Shown in pieces: positions 6,579 through 14,937 of a stretch of DNA of 15,392 nucleotides; positions within the stretch are counted from its first letter, which is position 1; every line of letters starts with the position of its first letter. Both the position numbers and the translations under genes were made by a program. The notes under the pieces are model-generated. The model made no database searches and had not been told where the DNA came from. It saw only the letters and a list, made by a program, of their open reading frames with translations. Source of the stretch: an uncultured Candidatus Rokubacteria bacterium (GTDB lineage Bacteria; Methylomirabilota; Methylomirabilia; Rokubacteriales; DASRDR01); NCBI GenBank assembly GCA_963708025.1, contig CAVPSB010000008.1:1-15392 (forward strand), read 5' to 3'.

Positions 6579-7451
6579 ATGCTCGAGCTGACGATCCTGG
6601 CACCCGCCCTGATCAACGGGGCCATGACGGGTGCGGTCTACGCGCTGATCGCCCTCGGCCTGACTCTGGTCTTCGGCGTGCTGCACATCATCAACTTCGC
6701 CCACGGCAGCCTGCTGATGGTCGCCATGTACGGTGTCTTCTTCCTCAACCGGCACCTCGGGCTCGATCCGTACCTGGCCATCCCGATCATGACGGCGGCC
6801 ATGTTCGCGCTCGGCTTCGGGCTCCAGAAGAGCGTCATCAGCAGGGCGAGCCACGGCCGCGACGAGATGATCCTCCTCGTCACGCTCGGCATCTCACTGA
6901 TCATCGAGAACCTGGCGCTCTACCTGTGGTCGGCAGACACCCGCAACGTCCAGCTCTCCTACGGCTTCGCCGTAGTCAACCTCGGGGTGGCACTGGTGTC
7001 GCGCACCCGTCTGATCGCGTTCGCCGCGGCCGTCGTGCTGTGCGCCCTGCTCTGGCTGCTCATCGGCCGCACCGATCTGGGCAAGGCGATCCGCGCCGTC
7101 GCCCGGGAAAAGCAGGGCGCCCGGGTCGTCGGCATCGACGTGGAGCACATCTACGCGATGAGCTTCGGCATCGGCGTCGCATGCCTGGGAGCCGCCGCGT
7201 GTCTCCTGCTCCCCATCTACTACGTCAACCCGCAGGTCGGCAACGTGTTCGTGCTGGTGGCCTTCACCATCGTCGTCCTGGGCGGCATGGGCAGCTTCGT
7301 GGGCGCGTTCGCGGGGGGGATCATCATCGGCATCGCGGAATCGCTGGGCGGGCTGTTCCTGGGCGAGAGCCTGGGCCAGATCGGCGTCTTCCTCATCTTC
7401 ATCGCCATCCTGCTGTTCCGGCCCACCGGTCTCTTCCGGGCAAGGGCGTAG
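6579..7451 (+). CDS. livH: Branched-chain amino acid-type ABC permease, LivH family
   Basis: GAVYALIALGLTLVFGVLHIINFAHG, TDLGKAIRAVA, VVLGGMGS, LLFRPTGLF. Confidence 0.93.
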   Translation: MLELTILAPALINGAMTGAVYALIALGLTLVFGVLHIINFAHGSLLMVAMYGVFFLNRHLGLDPYLAIPIMTAAMFALGFGLQKSVISRASHGRDEMILLVTLGISLIIENLALYLWSADTRNVQLSYGFAVVNLGVALVSRTRLIAFAAAVVLCALLWLLIGRTDLGKAIRAVAREKQGARVVGIDVEHIYAMSFGIGVACLGAAACLLLPIYYVNPQVGNVFVLVAFTIVVLGGMGSFVGAFAGGIIIGIAESLGGLFLGESLGQIGVFLIFIAILLFRPTGLFRARA

Positions 7452-7460
7452 GGGCGGGCG

Positions 7461-8441
7461 GTGGGGAGAAACGCGGTGGTCGGGGCGCTGGCGCTGGGAC
7501 TCGCCCTGGCCGTTCCCCTGATCGTGCAATCGGGCTTCTGGCTGAACCTGCTGACCCTGATGCTGTTCTTCGGCTATCTCGGCGGGTCCTGGAACATCCT
7601 CGGCGGGTACGCTGGCCAGTTCTCGTTCGGCCACGCCGCCTTCTTCGGGACCGGGGCCTACGTCACCGCAATCCTCCAGCTCACCCTCGGCCTGAACCCT
7701 TGGGTCACCATGCTCTTCGCCGCGGCCGGAGGCGCCTCGGTCGGTCTCGTGACCGGCTTCCTCAGCTTCCGCTACGGCCTCCGGGGCAGCTACTTCGCGC
7801 TGATCACGCTGGCCTTTTCCGAGGTCCTCCGCGTCCTGGCCACCACGGCCAAGATCACCAACGGCGGCCAGGGACTGGTCATCCCGTTGAGGACCGGGCT
7901 GGGGAACTTCCAGTTCGCCGGCAAGGCCGGCTACTACTACGTCGCCCTGGCCATGACGCTCATCTCGCTGGCGGCGGCCTGGTGCATCGAGCACTCGCGC
8001 TTCGGCGCCCGCCTCATGGCGGTGCGCGAGAACGAGGACGCGGCGGAAGCCCTGGGGGTGAATGCGTTTGGGCACAAGCTGGCCGCGATCACCATCTCCG
8101 GGATGATGGCCGGCGCCGGTGGCACCTTCTACGTGCAGATGTTCTTCTACGTCGACCCCGCGATCGCGTACGGTCCGGCGATGTCTGTCGAGAGCCTGCT
8201 GGTCTCGATCATCGGCGGGATGGGCACGGTCGCGGGGCCCCTGCTGGGCTCGATCGTCCTGCACCTCGTCGGGGACCTCACCCGGAAGGTGCTGGCGAAC
8301 GCTCCCGGGATCAGTCTCGTCCTCTACGGCGTGCTGCTCATCCTCATCCTCCGGTACCTCCCGAACGGGCTGATCGGGGGCGCCCGGGCCCTGGCCGGAC
8401 GGGTAGGGCTGGGGACGGCCCGATCCGGGTCGACCGGGTGA
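7461..8441 (+). CDS. livM: Branched-chain amino acid-type ABC permease, LivM family
   Basis: WNILGGYAGQFSFGHAAFFGTGAY, LRGSYFALITLAF, AVRENEDAAEALGVN, IIGGMGT..GP. Confidence 0.93.
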   Translation: MGRNAVVGALALGLALAVPLIVQSGFWLNLLTLMLFFGYLGGSWNILGGYAGQFSFGHAAFFGTGAYVTAILQLTLGLNPWVTMLFAAAGGASVGLVTGFLSFRYGLRGSYFALITLAFSEVLRVLATTAKITNGGQGLVIPLRTGLGNFQFAGKAGYYYVALAMTLISLAAAWCIEHSRFGARLMAVRENEDAAEALGVNAFGHKLAAITISGMMAGAGGTFYVQMFFYVDPAIAYGPAMSVESLLVSIIGGMGTVAGPLLGSIVLHLVGDLTRKVLANAPGISLVLYGVLLILILRYLPNGLIGGARALAGRVGLGTARSGSTG

Positions 8442-9205
8442 CCGCGATGCTCCGGGTGTCCGGGCTCCGCAAGAGCTTCGGCGGCCTCCGGGCGGTCGAC
8501 GGCGTCTCGCTCCAGGTGGACGAGGGGCAGATCGTGGCTCTCATCGGACCCAACGGAGCCGGCAAGACGACGCTGTTCGCCATGATCTCGGGGTTCCTCA
8601 GGCCCGACGGCGGGACGGTCGCGTTCCTCGGCGTCGACATCACGGGGCTGGCCCGACACCGGATCTGCCACCTCGGGCTGGTTCGCACGTTCCAGCTGGT
8701 CCAGCCCTTCGCGGGGCTGACCGTGCGCGAGAACATCGCGATCGGCGCCCACGTCCGGCTCGCGCGTCGCCGTGACGCCCTGGCCCGGGCGGCCGAGGTG
8801 GCGCAGCAGGTGCACCTGGCCGGCCAGCTCGACCAGCCGGCGGCTCGCCTGACCGTGGCGGGCCGCAAGCGGCTGGAGCTCGCCCGCGCCCTCGCCACCC
8901 AGCCGAAGCTCCTCCTCCTCGACGAGGTGATGGCCGGGCTCACCATGACCGAGACCGAGGAAGTGGTCCAGATCGTCCGGGCGATCCGGGACTCGGGGGT
9001 GACCGTCCTCCTCATCGAGCACGTCATGCAGGCGGTCATGCGACTGTCCGAGCAGGTCTATGTCCTGAGCGACGGACGGATCATCGCGGAGGGGCGGCCG
9101 GCCGACATCGCCGCCGACCCGAAGGTGATCGAGGCCTACCTCGGGCGCGGGGCCGCCGCGCGGATGGCGGCCGCCGCGGGGACGGAGCCGGCCCGTGGCC
9201 GCTAG
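8438..9205 (+). CDS. livG: ABC ATP-binding protein, LivG family
   Basis: GTG overlapping the livM stop (alternative ATG at 8447). KSFGGLRAVD, GPNGAGKTT, RTFQ, LLLLDEVMAGL, IEHVM, VIEAYLG. Confidence 0.93.
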   Translation: MTAMLRVSGLRKSFGGLRAVDGVSLQVDEGQIVALIGPNGAGKTTLFAMISGFLRPDGGTVAFLGVDITGLARHRICHLGLVRTFQLVQPFAGLTVRENIAIGAHVRLARRRDALARAAEVAQQVHLAGQLDQPAARLTVAGRKRLELARALATQPKLLLLDEVMAGLTMTETEEVVQIVRAIRDSGVTVLLIEHVMQAVMRLSEQVYVLSDGRIIAEGRPADIAADPKVIEAYLGRGAAARMAAAAGTEPARGR

Positions 9206-9911
9206 GCGCCTGCTCGACGTGGAGCGGCTGTCGGCAGGCTACGGGCCCGTGCAGGTGCTGTACGACGTGTCGATCGCGATCGACTCGGGAGAGATCGTGG
9301 CGGTATTGGGCAGCAACGGCGCCGGCAAGTCCACGCTGATCAACGTCGTCACCGGGATCGACCTCCCGCGCGGGGGGACGGTCCGCTTCGATGGCCGCCC
9401 CATCCCGCCGGGGGTGTCGTGGGCGTGCGTGGCGGCCGGCATGGTGCAGGTCCCGGAGGGGCGCCGCATCTTCCCCAACCTCACGGTCCGCGAGAACCTG
9501 GAGCTCGGGAGCTACCGCCGGGGCAAGGCGAACCGCGCGCGCAATCTCGAGCGGGTGACCGGGATCTTCCCGCGTCTGGCCGATCGCATCGGCCAGTCCG
9601 CCGGAACGCTCTCCGGGGGCGAGCAGCAGATGCTCGCGATCGGCCGTGGCCTGATGGCCGAGCCGAGCCTCCTGATCCTGGACGAGCCGTCGCTCGGCCT
9701 GTCTCCCCGTCTGGTCGAGGAGATTTTCGCGCTGATCCAGAGCATGAACCGGGACGGGCTCACGATCCTCCTGGTGGAGCAGAACGTGATGCAGTCCCTG
9801 TCCATCGCGCACCGGGCATACGTCATCGAGAACGGCCGCCTGACGCTGTCGGGCAGCGCCGCCGATCTCATCGAGAACCCCGAGGTGAGACGGTCGTACC
9901 TCGGGCTTTGA
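9195..9911 (+). CDS. livF: ABC ATP-binding protein, LivF family
   Basis: GSNGAGKST, VPEGRRIFPNLTVRENL, LSGGEQQMLAIGRGLM, LDEPSLGL, VEQN. Confidence 0.94.
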   Translation: MAARRLLDVERLSAGYGPVQVLYDVSIAIDSGEIVAVLGSNGAGKSTLINVVTGIDLPRGGTVRFDGRPIPPGVSWACVAAGMVQVPEGRRIFPNLTVRENLELGSYRRGKANRARNLERVTGIFPRLADRIGQSAGTLSGGEQQMLAIGRGLMAEPSLLILDEPSLGLSPRLVEEIFALIQSMNRDGLTILLVEQNVMQSLSIAHRAYVIENGRLTLSGSAADLIENPEVRRSYLGL

Positions 9912-9933
9912 AGACCGGGAGGCAAGGGAGACC

Positions 9934-10608
9934 ATGGAGACATCCGACAAGACGGCCCGGCAGCTATACGAGGAGCTCAAGGCGCGGCCGACCCGTCCCC
10001 GCTTCGGCTTCGGACGGAAGGCGGCGATCGTGAACATCGACCTGCAGAAGTCGTACACGAACGTGGGGGAGTTCGTGACGGCCTACGAGACGCACCCGCG
10101 GCAGGTCGACTACGTCAACCAGATCTCCGATCTGGCCCGGGCCAAGGGCCTGCCGGTCGTCTGGACCCACGTCGCCTACATGGACTCGGGGGAGGACTGC
10201 GGCGTGTGGGGCACCCGAACGGACACCCCGGACTCGCTCCAGAACATCAAGGTGGGCTCCCGCCGGGCCGAGCTCGACGACAGGCTGCACGTAGACCGGG
10301 TCCGGGACGTGATCGTCAACAAGCGCATGGCGTCCGCCCTTCACGAGACTCACCTGGCGTCGCTGTTCATCTGGCACCGGGTCGACACGCTGATCGTGAC
10401 CGGCGGCTCCACGTCGGGCTGCGTGCGGGCCACGGTCGTCGACAGCCTGAGCCACGGGTACCGGACGATCGTGCCGGAGGAGTGCGTGGCCGACAAGCAC
10501 GAGAGCCCCCACTTCGCCAACCTCTACGACATGGCGCTCAAGTATGCCGACGTGGTGCCCGTCGCGGATGTCCTCCGATACCTGCGGGACTACCAGCCCG
10601 GCGCGTGA
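9934..10608 (+). CDS. Isochorismatase-family cysteine amidohydrolase (N-carbamoylsarcosine amidase/maleamate amidohydrolase NicF-like), 224 aa
   Basis: D-K-C triad in NIDLQ, NKRMASA and TGGSTSGCVRATVVD. Also GFGRKAA and H.ANLYDM..KYADV. Confidence 0.9.
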   Translation: METSDKTARQLYEELKARPTRPRFGFGRKAAIVNIDLQKSYTNVGEFVTAYETHPRQVDYVNQISDLARAKGLPVVWTHVAYMDSGEDCGVWGTRTDTPDSLQNIKVGSRRAELDDRLHVDRVRDVIVNKRMASALHETHLASLFIWHRVDTLIVTGGSTSGCVRATVVDSLSHGYRTIVPEECVADKHESPHFANLYDMALKYADVVPVADVLRYLRDYQPGA

Positions 10609-10616
10609 GGGGAACA

Positions 10617-11531
10617 ATGAGGAGCGATCCCGGACTCTACGACTACTGGCCCTACGTCGGTCGCCCGCGGCTCACCTGGCCCGACGGGGCCCGCATCGCC
10701 TTCTGGGTCGCGCCGAACATCGAGTTCTACGAGCTCGATCCGCCCGTCAACCCCACGTGGAAGGGTACGTGGGCCCGTCCGGTCCCCGACGTGCAGGCGT
10801 ACTCCCACCGCGACTACGGGAACCGGGTCGGGGTGTGGCGGATGATGGAGGCGATGGACCGTTACGGCGTGCGGGGCAGCGTCTCGCTGAACGTCGCGCT
10901 CTGCGACCACCATCCGGAGATCATCGAGGCGTGTGCCGCGCGCAACTGGGAGTTCTTCTCGCACGGAATCTACAACACGCGTTTCACCTACGACATGTCG
11001 CGAGATCAGGAGCGGGAGATCATCGAGGATTCCAAGCGGACCGTCAAGAAGTACAGCGGGCAGGACCTGGCCGGCTGGCTGGCCCCGGCGCTGACCAACA
11101 CCGAGCACACGATGGACCTGCTTGCCGAGTGCGGCCTCCAGTACACCTGCGATCTCTTCCACGACGACCAGCCGGCGCCCGTCCACGTTCGGAGCGGCCG
11201 GCTCATCAGCATGCCGTACTCCCTCGAGATGAACGACGTCATCGTCTACAGCTACTACTTCGGGACACCCCGCCACTACCGCGACCTCATCAAGGCGCAG
11301 TTCGACCAGCTGTACGCGGAGGGAGTGCGCTCGGGGACGGTGATGTGCGTCCCGCTCCATCCGTTCCTGGTCGGCCAGCCGCACCGCGTGGAGGCGTTCG
11401 CCGAGGCCCTCGAGTACGTCACGGGCCACGACGGGGTCTGGGTCACGACGGGCCGCGAGATCGCGGACTGGTACTATGCGCACCACTACGACACCGTCGC
11501 GGCGGCCATCGCCGCGCGGGCAGGAGCCTGA
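10617..11531 (+). CDS. Polysaccharide deacetylase (CE4)/PuuE-like hydrolase 1, 304 aa
   Basis: RPRLTWPDGARIAFWVAPNIEFY, RDYGNRVGVWR, SHG, GWLAPAL, DDQP, PYSLEMND, QFDQLYAEG, LHPFLVGQPHR. Confidence 0.9.
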   Translation: MRSDPGLYDYWPYVGRPRLTWPDGARIAFWVAPNIEFYELDPPVNPTWKGTWARPVPDVQAYSHRDYGNRVGVWRMMEAMDRYGVRGSVSLNVALCDHHPEIIEACAARNWEFFSHGIYNTRFTYDMSRDQEREIIEDSKRTVKKYSGQDLAGWLAPALTNTEHTMDLLAECGLQYTCDLFHDDQPAPVHVRSGRLISMPYSLEMNDVIVYSYYFGTPRHYRDLIKAQFDQLYAEGVRSGTVMCVPLHPFLVGQPHRVEAFAEALEYVTGHDGVWVTTGREIADWYYAHHYDTVAAAIAARAGA

Positions 11532-11535
11532 CGCC

Positions 11536-12459
11536 ATGCCGGTGCCGGCGGACTACCTGCGCTACCCTCACCGATCCCGCGGGATGGACCACGACCGGTA
11601 CGAATGGTCGATCCTGTTCCGGCGCAAGCCGGTGGAGTGGCCGGGCCGCGCCCGGATCGCGTTGCTCGTGATGCCGGCGCTCGAGTGGTTCCCCCTCGAC
11701 ATGACCGGGAAGCCGTTCCGCGCTCCCGGAGGGCTCGAGCGTCCCTACCCCGACTACCGCTACTACACGAGCCGCGACTACGGGAACCGGGTCGGCGTGT
11801 TCCGGGTGATGGAGGTGCTGGACGATCTCGAGGTCCGAGCCTCGGTGGCGGTGAATTCGGCGCTGGCGGAGCGTCACCCGTTCCTGATCGACGAGGTGAC
11901 CCGCCGGGAGTGGGAGATCGTCGCCCACGGCGTCCACATGGACCGGCTGCACCACGGCGGCCTGCCGGTCGAGCAGGAGCGCCAGCAGGTGCGGGAGTCG
12001 GTCGGCACGCTGCGCCGGCGGTCCGGCCAGCCGGTCACCGGATGGCTGTCACCGGCCCGGTCGGAGTCGCAGCACACGCTCGACCTGGTGGCCGCCGAGG
12101 GAATCGACTACGTCTGCGACTGGGTCAACGACGACATGCCCTATCCCATTCGCACCGCGCACGGCCCGATCTACGCGATGCCTCACGCCCACGAGATTGA
12201 CGACCGGGTGATCCTGCTCGACCTCCACCATACGGAAGACCAGTTCGTGGAGCAGGTCTCGGACCAGTTCGACGCGCTGTACCGGGAGGCCGGGCGCCAC
12301 GGCGGCCGGATCATGGCCATCACGCTCCATCCCTGGGTGATCGGCCAGCCCTACCGGATCCGCGCCCTGCGGGCCGCCCTCTCGCACGTCCTGCGTCACG
12401 CCGGCGTCTGGTCGGCAACCGCAGCCGAGATCCTCGCCGCGTTCAGGGCCCAGGCCTGA
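11536..12459 (+). CDS. Polysaccharide deacetylase (CE4)/PuuE-like hydrolase 2, 307 aa
   Basis: GMDHDRYEW, WPGRARIAL..ALEWFP, RDYGNRVGVFR, AHG, GWLSPA, NDDMPY, QFDALYRE, LHPWVIGQPYRI. Confidence 0.9.
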   Translation: MPVPADYLRYPHRSRGMDHDRYEWSILFRRKPVEWPGRARIALLVMPALEWFPLDMTGKPFRAPGGLERPYPDYRYYTSRDYGNRVGVFRVMEVLDDLEVRASVAVNSALAERHPFLIDEVTRREWEIVAHGVHMDRLHHGGLPVEQERQQVRESVGTLRRRSGQPVTGWLSPARSESQHTLDLVAAEGIDYVCDWVNDDMPYPIRTAHGPIYAMPHAHEIDDRVILLDLHHTEDQFVEQVSDQFDALYREAGRHGGRIMAITLHPWVIGQPYRIRALRAALSHVLRHAGVWSATAAEILAAFRAQA

Positions 12460-12492
12460 CGGCCGCCGCCCCCTGGCCCGGGCGCCGCGAGA

Positions 12493-13101
12493 TCAGGGCA
12501 GCCAGGGACGCTCGGCCCGGTAGCGCTCCTCGAAGGCGACGATCCGGTCCTCCAGGCCGAGCGTGAGGCCGATCTCGTCCAGCCCCCTGAGCAGCGCCTC
12601 CTTCCAGAAGGCGTCCAGGGTGAAGCGGTGGATCGCACCGTCGGCCGCGATCACGCTCTGGCCCGGCAGGTCGACGACGAGACGGCCGCCGGGCTGGGCG
12701 GCGAGGCTCGAGCGGAGCGCCGCGACCGTGGCCGCCGGCAGGCGCACCGGGAGGAGGCCGTTCTTCAAGCAGTTGTTGTAGAAGATGTCGCTGAAGCTCG
12801 GTGCAATGACGGCCCGGAAGCCGTAGTCGAAGAGGGCATACACCGCCCCTTCCCGCGAGGAGCCGCAGGCGAAGTTCTCGTTGGCGACCAGGATCCGCGC
12901 CGACCGGTACGCCGGCCGGTTGAGGAAGAATTCGGGCCTTTCCGCGCCGCCGTCGTCGAAGCGCAGGTCGTGGAACAGGAAGCGCCCGTACCCGTCCTCT
13001 CGCGGGTACTTCAGGAACCGCGCGGGGACGATCTGATCGGTGTCGACGTTGATCTCGTCGTAGGGCGCGGCGACGGCGTCGAGACGCGTGAACGGTTCCG
13101 T
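12493..13101 (-). CDS. leuD: 3-isopropylmalate dehydratase-family small subunit (LeuD-like), 202 aa, ACG at the start position
   Basis: Open frame (ACG)EPFTRLDAVAAP...NVDTDQIVPARFLK...NFACGSSREGAVYAL..YGFRAVIAPSFSDIFYNNCLKNGLLP...LLRGLDEI. GGAGG lies 9 nt upstream. The ORF track only catches an internal GTG at 12843. Confidence 0.88.
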   Translation of the reverse strand, partial: TEPFTRLDAVAAPYDEINVDTDQIVPARFLKYPREDGYGRFLFHDLRFDDGGAERPEFFLNRPAYRSARILVANENFACGSSREGAVYALFDYGFRAVIAPSFSDIFYNNCLKNGLLPVRLPAATVAALRSSLAAQPGGRLVVDLPGQSVIAADGAIHRFTLDAFWKEALLRGLDEIGLTLGLEDRIVAFEERYRAERPWLP

Positions 13102-13102
13102 C

Positions 13103-14512
13103 TCAGGCCCCCTCCAGCAGGCGCCGCACGTCCGTCAGGCGCCCCGTCACGGCGGCAGCCGCGGCCATGGCCGGGCTCATCAGGTGGGTGCGGGCGCCCC
13201 TGCCCTGTCGACCCGGGAAGTTGCGGTTCGAGGTCGATGCGCAGCGCTCCCCCGCCCCGACCGTGTCACCGTTCATCGCGACGCACATGGAGCAGCCGGC
13301 CTCGCGCCACTCGAAGCCGGCGTCGGTGAAGGCCCGGTGCAGCCCCTCCGCCTCGGCCTGGGCCTTGACCTCCCCGGACCCGGGCACCACGATGGCCGGC
13401 ACCATCGCCTTCCGGCCTCCGAGCACGGCGGCCGCGGCCCGGAGGTCCTCGATCCGGCTGTTCGTGCACGACCCGATGAACACCCGATCGATCGGGAGTC
13501 CGCTGAGCGGAGTGCCCGGTGTCAGCCCCATGTACGCGAGGGCCCGCTCCACCCCGCGCCGTGCGTCGGCGGTGGCAACACTTGCCGGGTCCGGCACCCG
13601 GCCCCCGATGGGCACGCTCTGCCCCGGCGTGATCCCCCAGGTCACCATCGGCGCCATCTCCCCGGCGTCGACGGTCACCTCGGCGTCGAAGCGAGCGCCC
13701 TCGTCGGTCGGAAGGGTGCGCCAGTAGGCCAGAGCCCGGTCCCACAGAGCGCCGGAGGGCGCGAACGGGCGGCCCTCGAGATACCGGTACGTCGTGTCGT
13801 CGGGCGCCACCATGCCGGCCCGGGCCCCCGCCTCGATCGACATGTTGCAGACGGTGAGCCGCTCCTCGACCGACATGGCCGCGATCGCCGGACCGGCGTA
13901 CTCGACGACGTGTCCGACCGCGCCGTCGGTCCCGATCCGGGCGATGATCGCCAGGATGACGTCCTTGGCGCTCACCCCGCGGGGCCGCCTCCCCTCGACG
14001 GTGATGCGCATCACGCGGGGCTTCACCTGCCACAGCGTCTGTGTGGCCAAGACGTGGGCGTTCTCCGACTGGCCGATCCCGAACGCGAAGGCCCCCAGGG
14101 CCCCGTGAGTCGCGGTATGGCTGTCCCCGCAGACGATGACGAGCCCGGGCTGGGTGATGCCCTGCTCGGGACCGACCACGTGCACGATGCCCTGGCGCCG
14201 GTCGCCGAGCGGGAAGAGATGGATCCCTCGACCCGCCACGTTCCGGTCGAATGTCTCGACCATCCGGCGGATCTCGGGCGTCGGGGCGTCCGCGAGCGAC
14301 CGGCTGACCGTCGGCACGTAGTGGTCGGGCGTGCCGTACGTCTGGCCGGGTCGGCGCAGCCCGAGCCCGCGCCGGCCGAGGTCCGCGAAGGCGTGGAACC
14401 CGCCGTCGTGGATGATGTGGCGATCGACGTAGAGCAGGCAGGGCTCGCCGCGCCGAGCCAGCACGACGTGGCTCTCCCAGATCTTGTCGAACAGGGTCCG
14501 CGGTTCCGCCAT
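13103..14512 (-). CDS. leuC: 3-isopropylmalate dehydratase-family large subunit (LeuC-like, [4Fe-4S]), 469 aa; probably a catabolic paralog
   Basis: [71 protein letters not shown]. Confidence 0.93.
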   Translation of the reverse strand: MAEPRTLFDKIWESHVVLARRGEPCLLYVDRHIIHDGGFHAFADLGRRGLGLRRPGQTYGTPDHYVPTVSRSLADAPTPEIRRMVETFDRNVAGRGIHLFPLGDRRQGIVHVVGPEQGITQPGLVIVCGDSHTATHGALGAFAFGIGQSENAHVLATQTLWQVKPRVMRITVEGRRPRGVSAKDVILAIIARIGTDGAVGHVVEYAGPAIAAMSVEERLTVCNMSIEAGARAGMVAPDDTTYRYLEGRPFAPSGALWDRALAYWRTLPTDEGARFDAEVTVDAGEMAPMVTWGITPGQSVPIGGRVPDPASVATADARRGVERALAYMGLTPGTPLSGLPIDRVFIGSCTNSRIEDLRAAAAVLGGRKAMVPAIVVPGSGEVKAQAEAEGLHRAFTDAGFEWREAGCSMCVAMNGDTVGAGERCASTSNRNFPGRQGRGARTHLMSPAMAAAAAVTGRLTDVRRLLEGA

Positions 14513-14523
14513 CGGTGGCCCGA

Positions 14524-14532
14524 ACTATAGCA
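14524..14532 (-). promoter_or_regulatory. Extended -10 promoter TGcTATAGT for leuCD
   Basis: Minus strand reads GGTGCTATAGTTCGGGCCACCGATG. The -10 ends 11 nt before the ATG, and no SD is visible. Confidence 0.55.
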
Positions 14533-14755
14533 CCGACGGCGGACCGCCCGCCGAGTCGCCCATCCGTCTCGTCGTGCGTTCTGGCACTTGCCGCGTCTGG
14601 TGCTTGGGCGTGCTGACCGATCACAACGGATGCGGCCAGATGATTCAATCAAGGTCTGGTCAAAGAGCACGAGAGCGGACCACGTCGCTTCGACCTTGGC
14701 ATGTGGCTCTAATGAATGCCCGGATCCCGCAGTCGTTGAAGGGCGAGCCGAGTCG

Positions 14756-14821
14756 CCCGCCCGCTCGATCGCCGGCACTATCACCGCCGCCTTCGCGAGG
14801 CCGACGTGGGCCACCGCGGCG
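14756..14821 (-). repeat. Inverted 66-bp copy of 1243-1308 (fragment of the ORF902 gene)
   Basis: Reverse complement matches 1243-1308 at 64/66 nt; encodes AAVAHVGLAKAAVIVPAIERAG versus AAVAQVGLAKAAVMVPAIERAG. Confidence 0.93.
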
Positions 14822-14894
14822 ACCTCCAACGGATCGGGACGCGTCGGGAGCCCCGAGGGGTCGACCGACGGCCGGGCAGCCCACGGGCTACGCC

Positions 14895-14912
14895 TTTGCC
14901 CACGTGGGCAAA
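14895..14912. repeat. Perfect 18-bp palindrome TTTGCCCACGTGGGCAAA (copy 3)
   Basis: Identical to 1705-1722; 25 bp upstream of the ATG at 14938. Confidence 0.95.
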
Positions 14913-14937
14913 ACGGGCACGGAGCCGAAGCGGGGCC

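Noticed and set aside
4439-9205. Long ORF-track calls 4439-6502 (687 aa) and 6926-9205 (759 aa)
   Set aside because: The N-terminal extensions are stop-free shadow frames over other genes; real starts are at 5273 and 8438/8447.
10808-11795. 24-bp exact repeat CCGCGACTACGGGAACCGGGTCGG (10808-10831, 11772-11795)
   Set aside because: Explained by the conserved RDYGNRVG motif in two paralogs with GC-biased codons.
12493-14512. Leucine biosynthesis operon linked to leucine uptake
   Set aside because: No leuA, leuB or attenuator; substrate motifs are altered; Liv-family transporters carry many non-amino-acid ligands.
14640-14652. FNR box in ATGATTCAATCAA
   Set aside because: Half-site spacing is 3 nt instead of 4, and the left half-site is imperfect.
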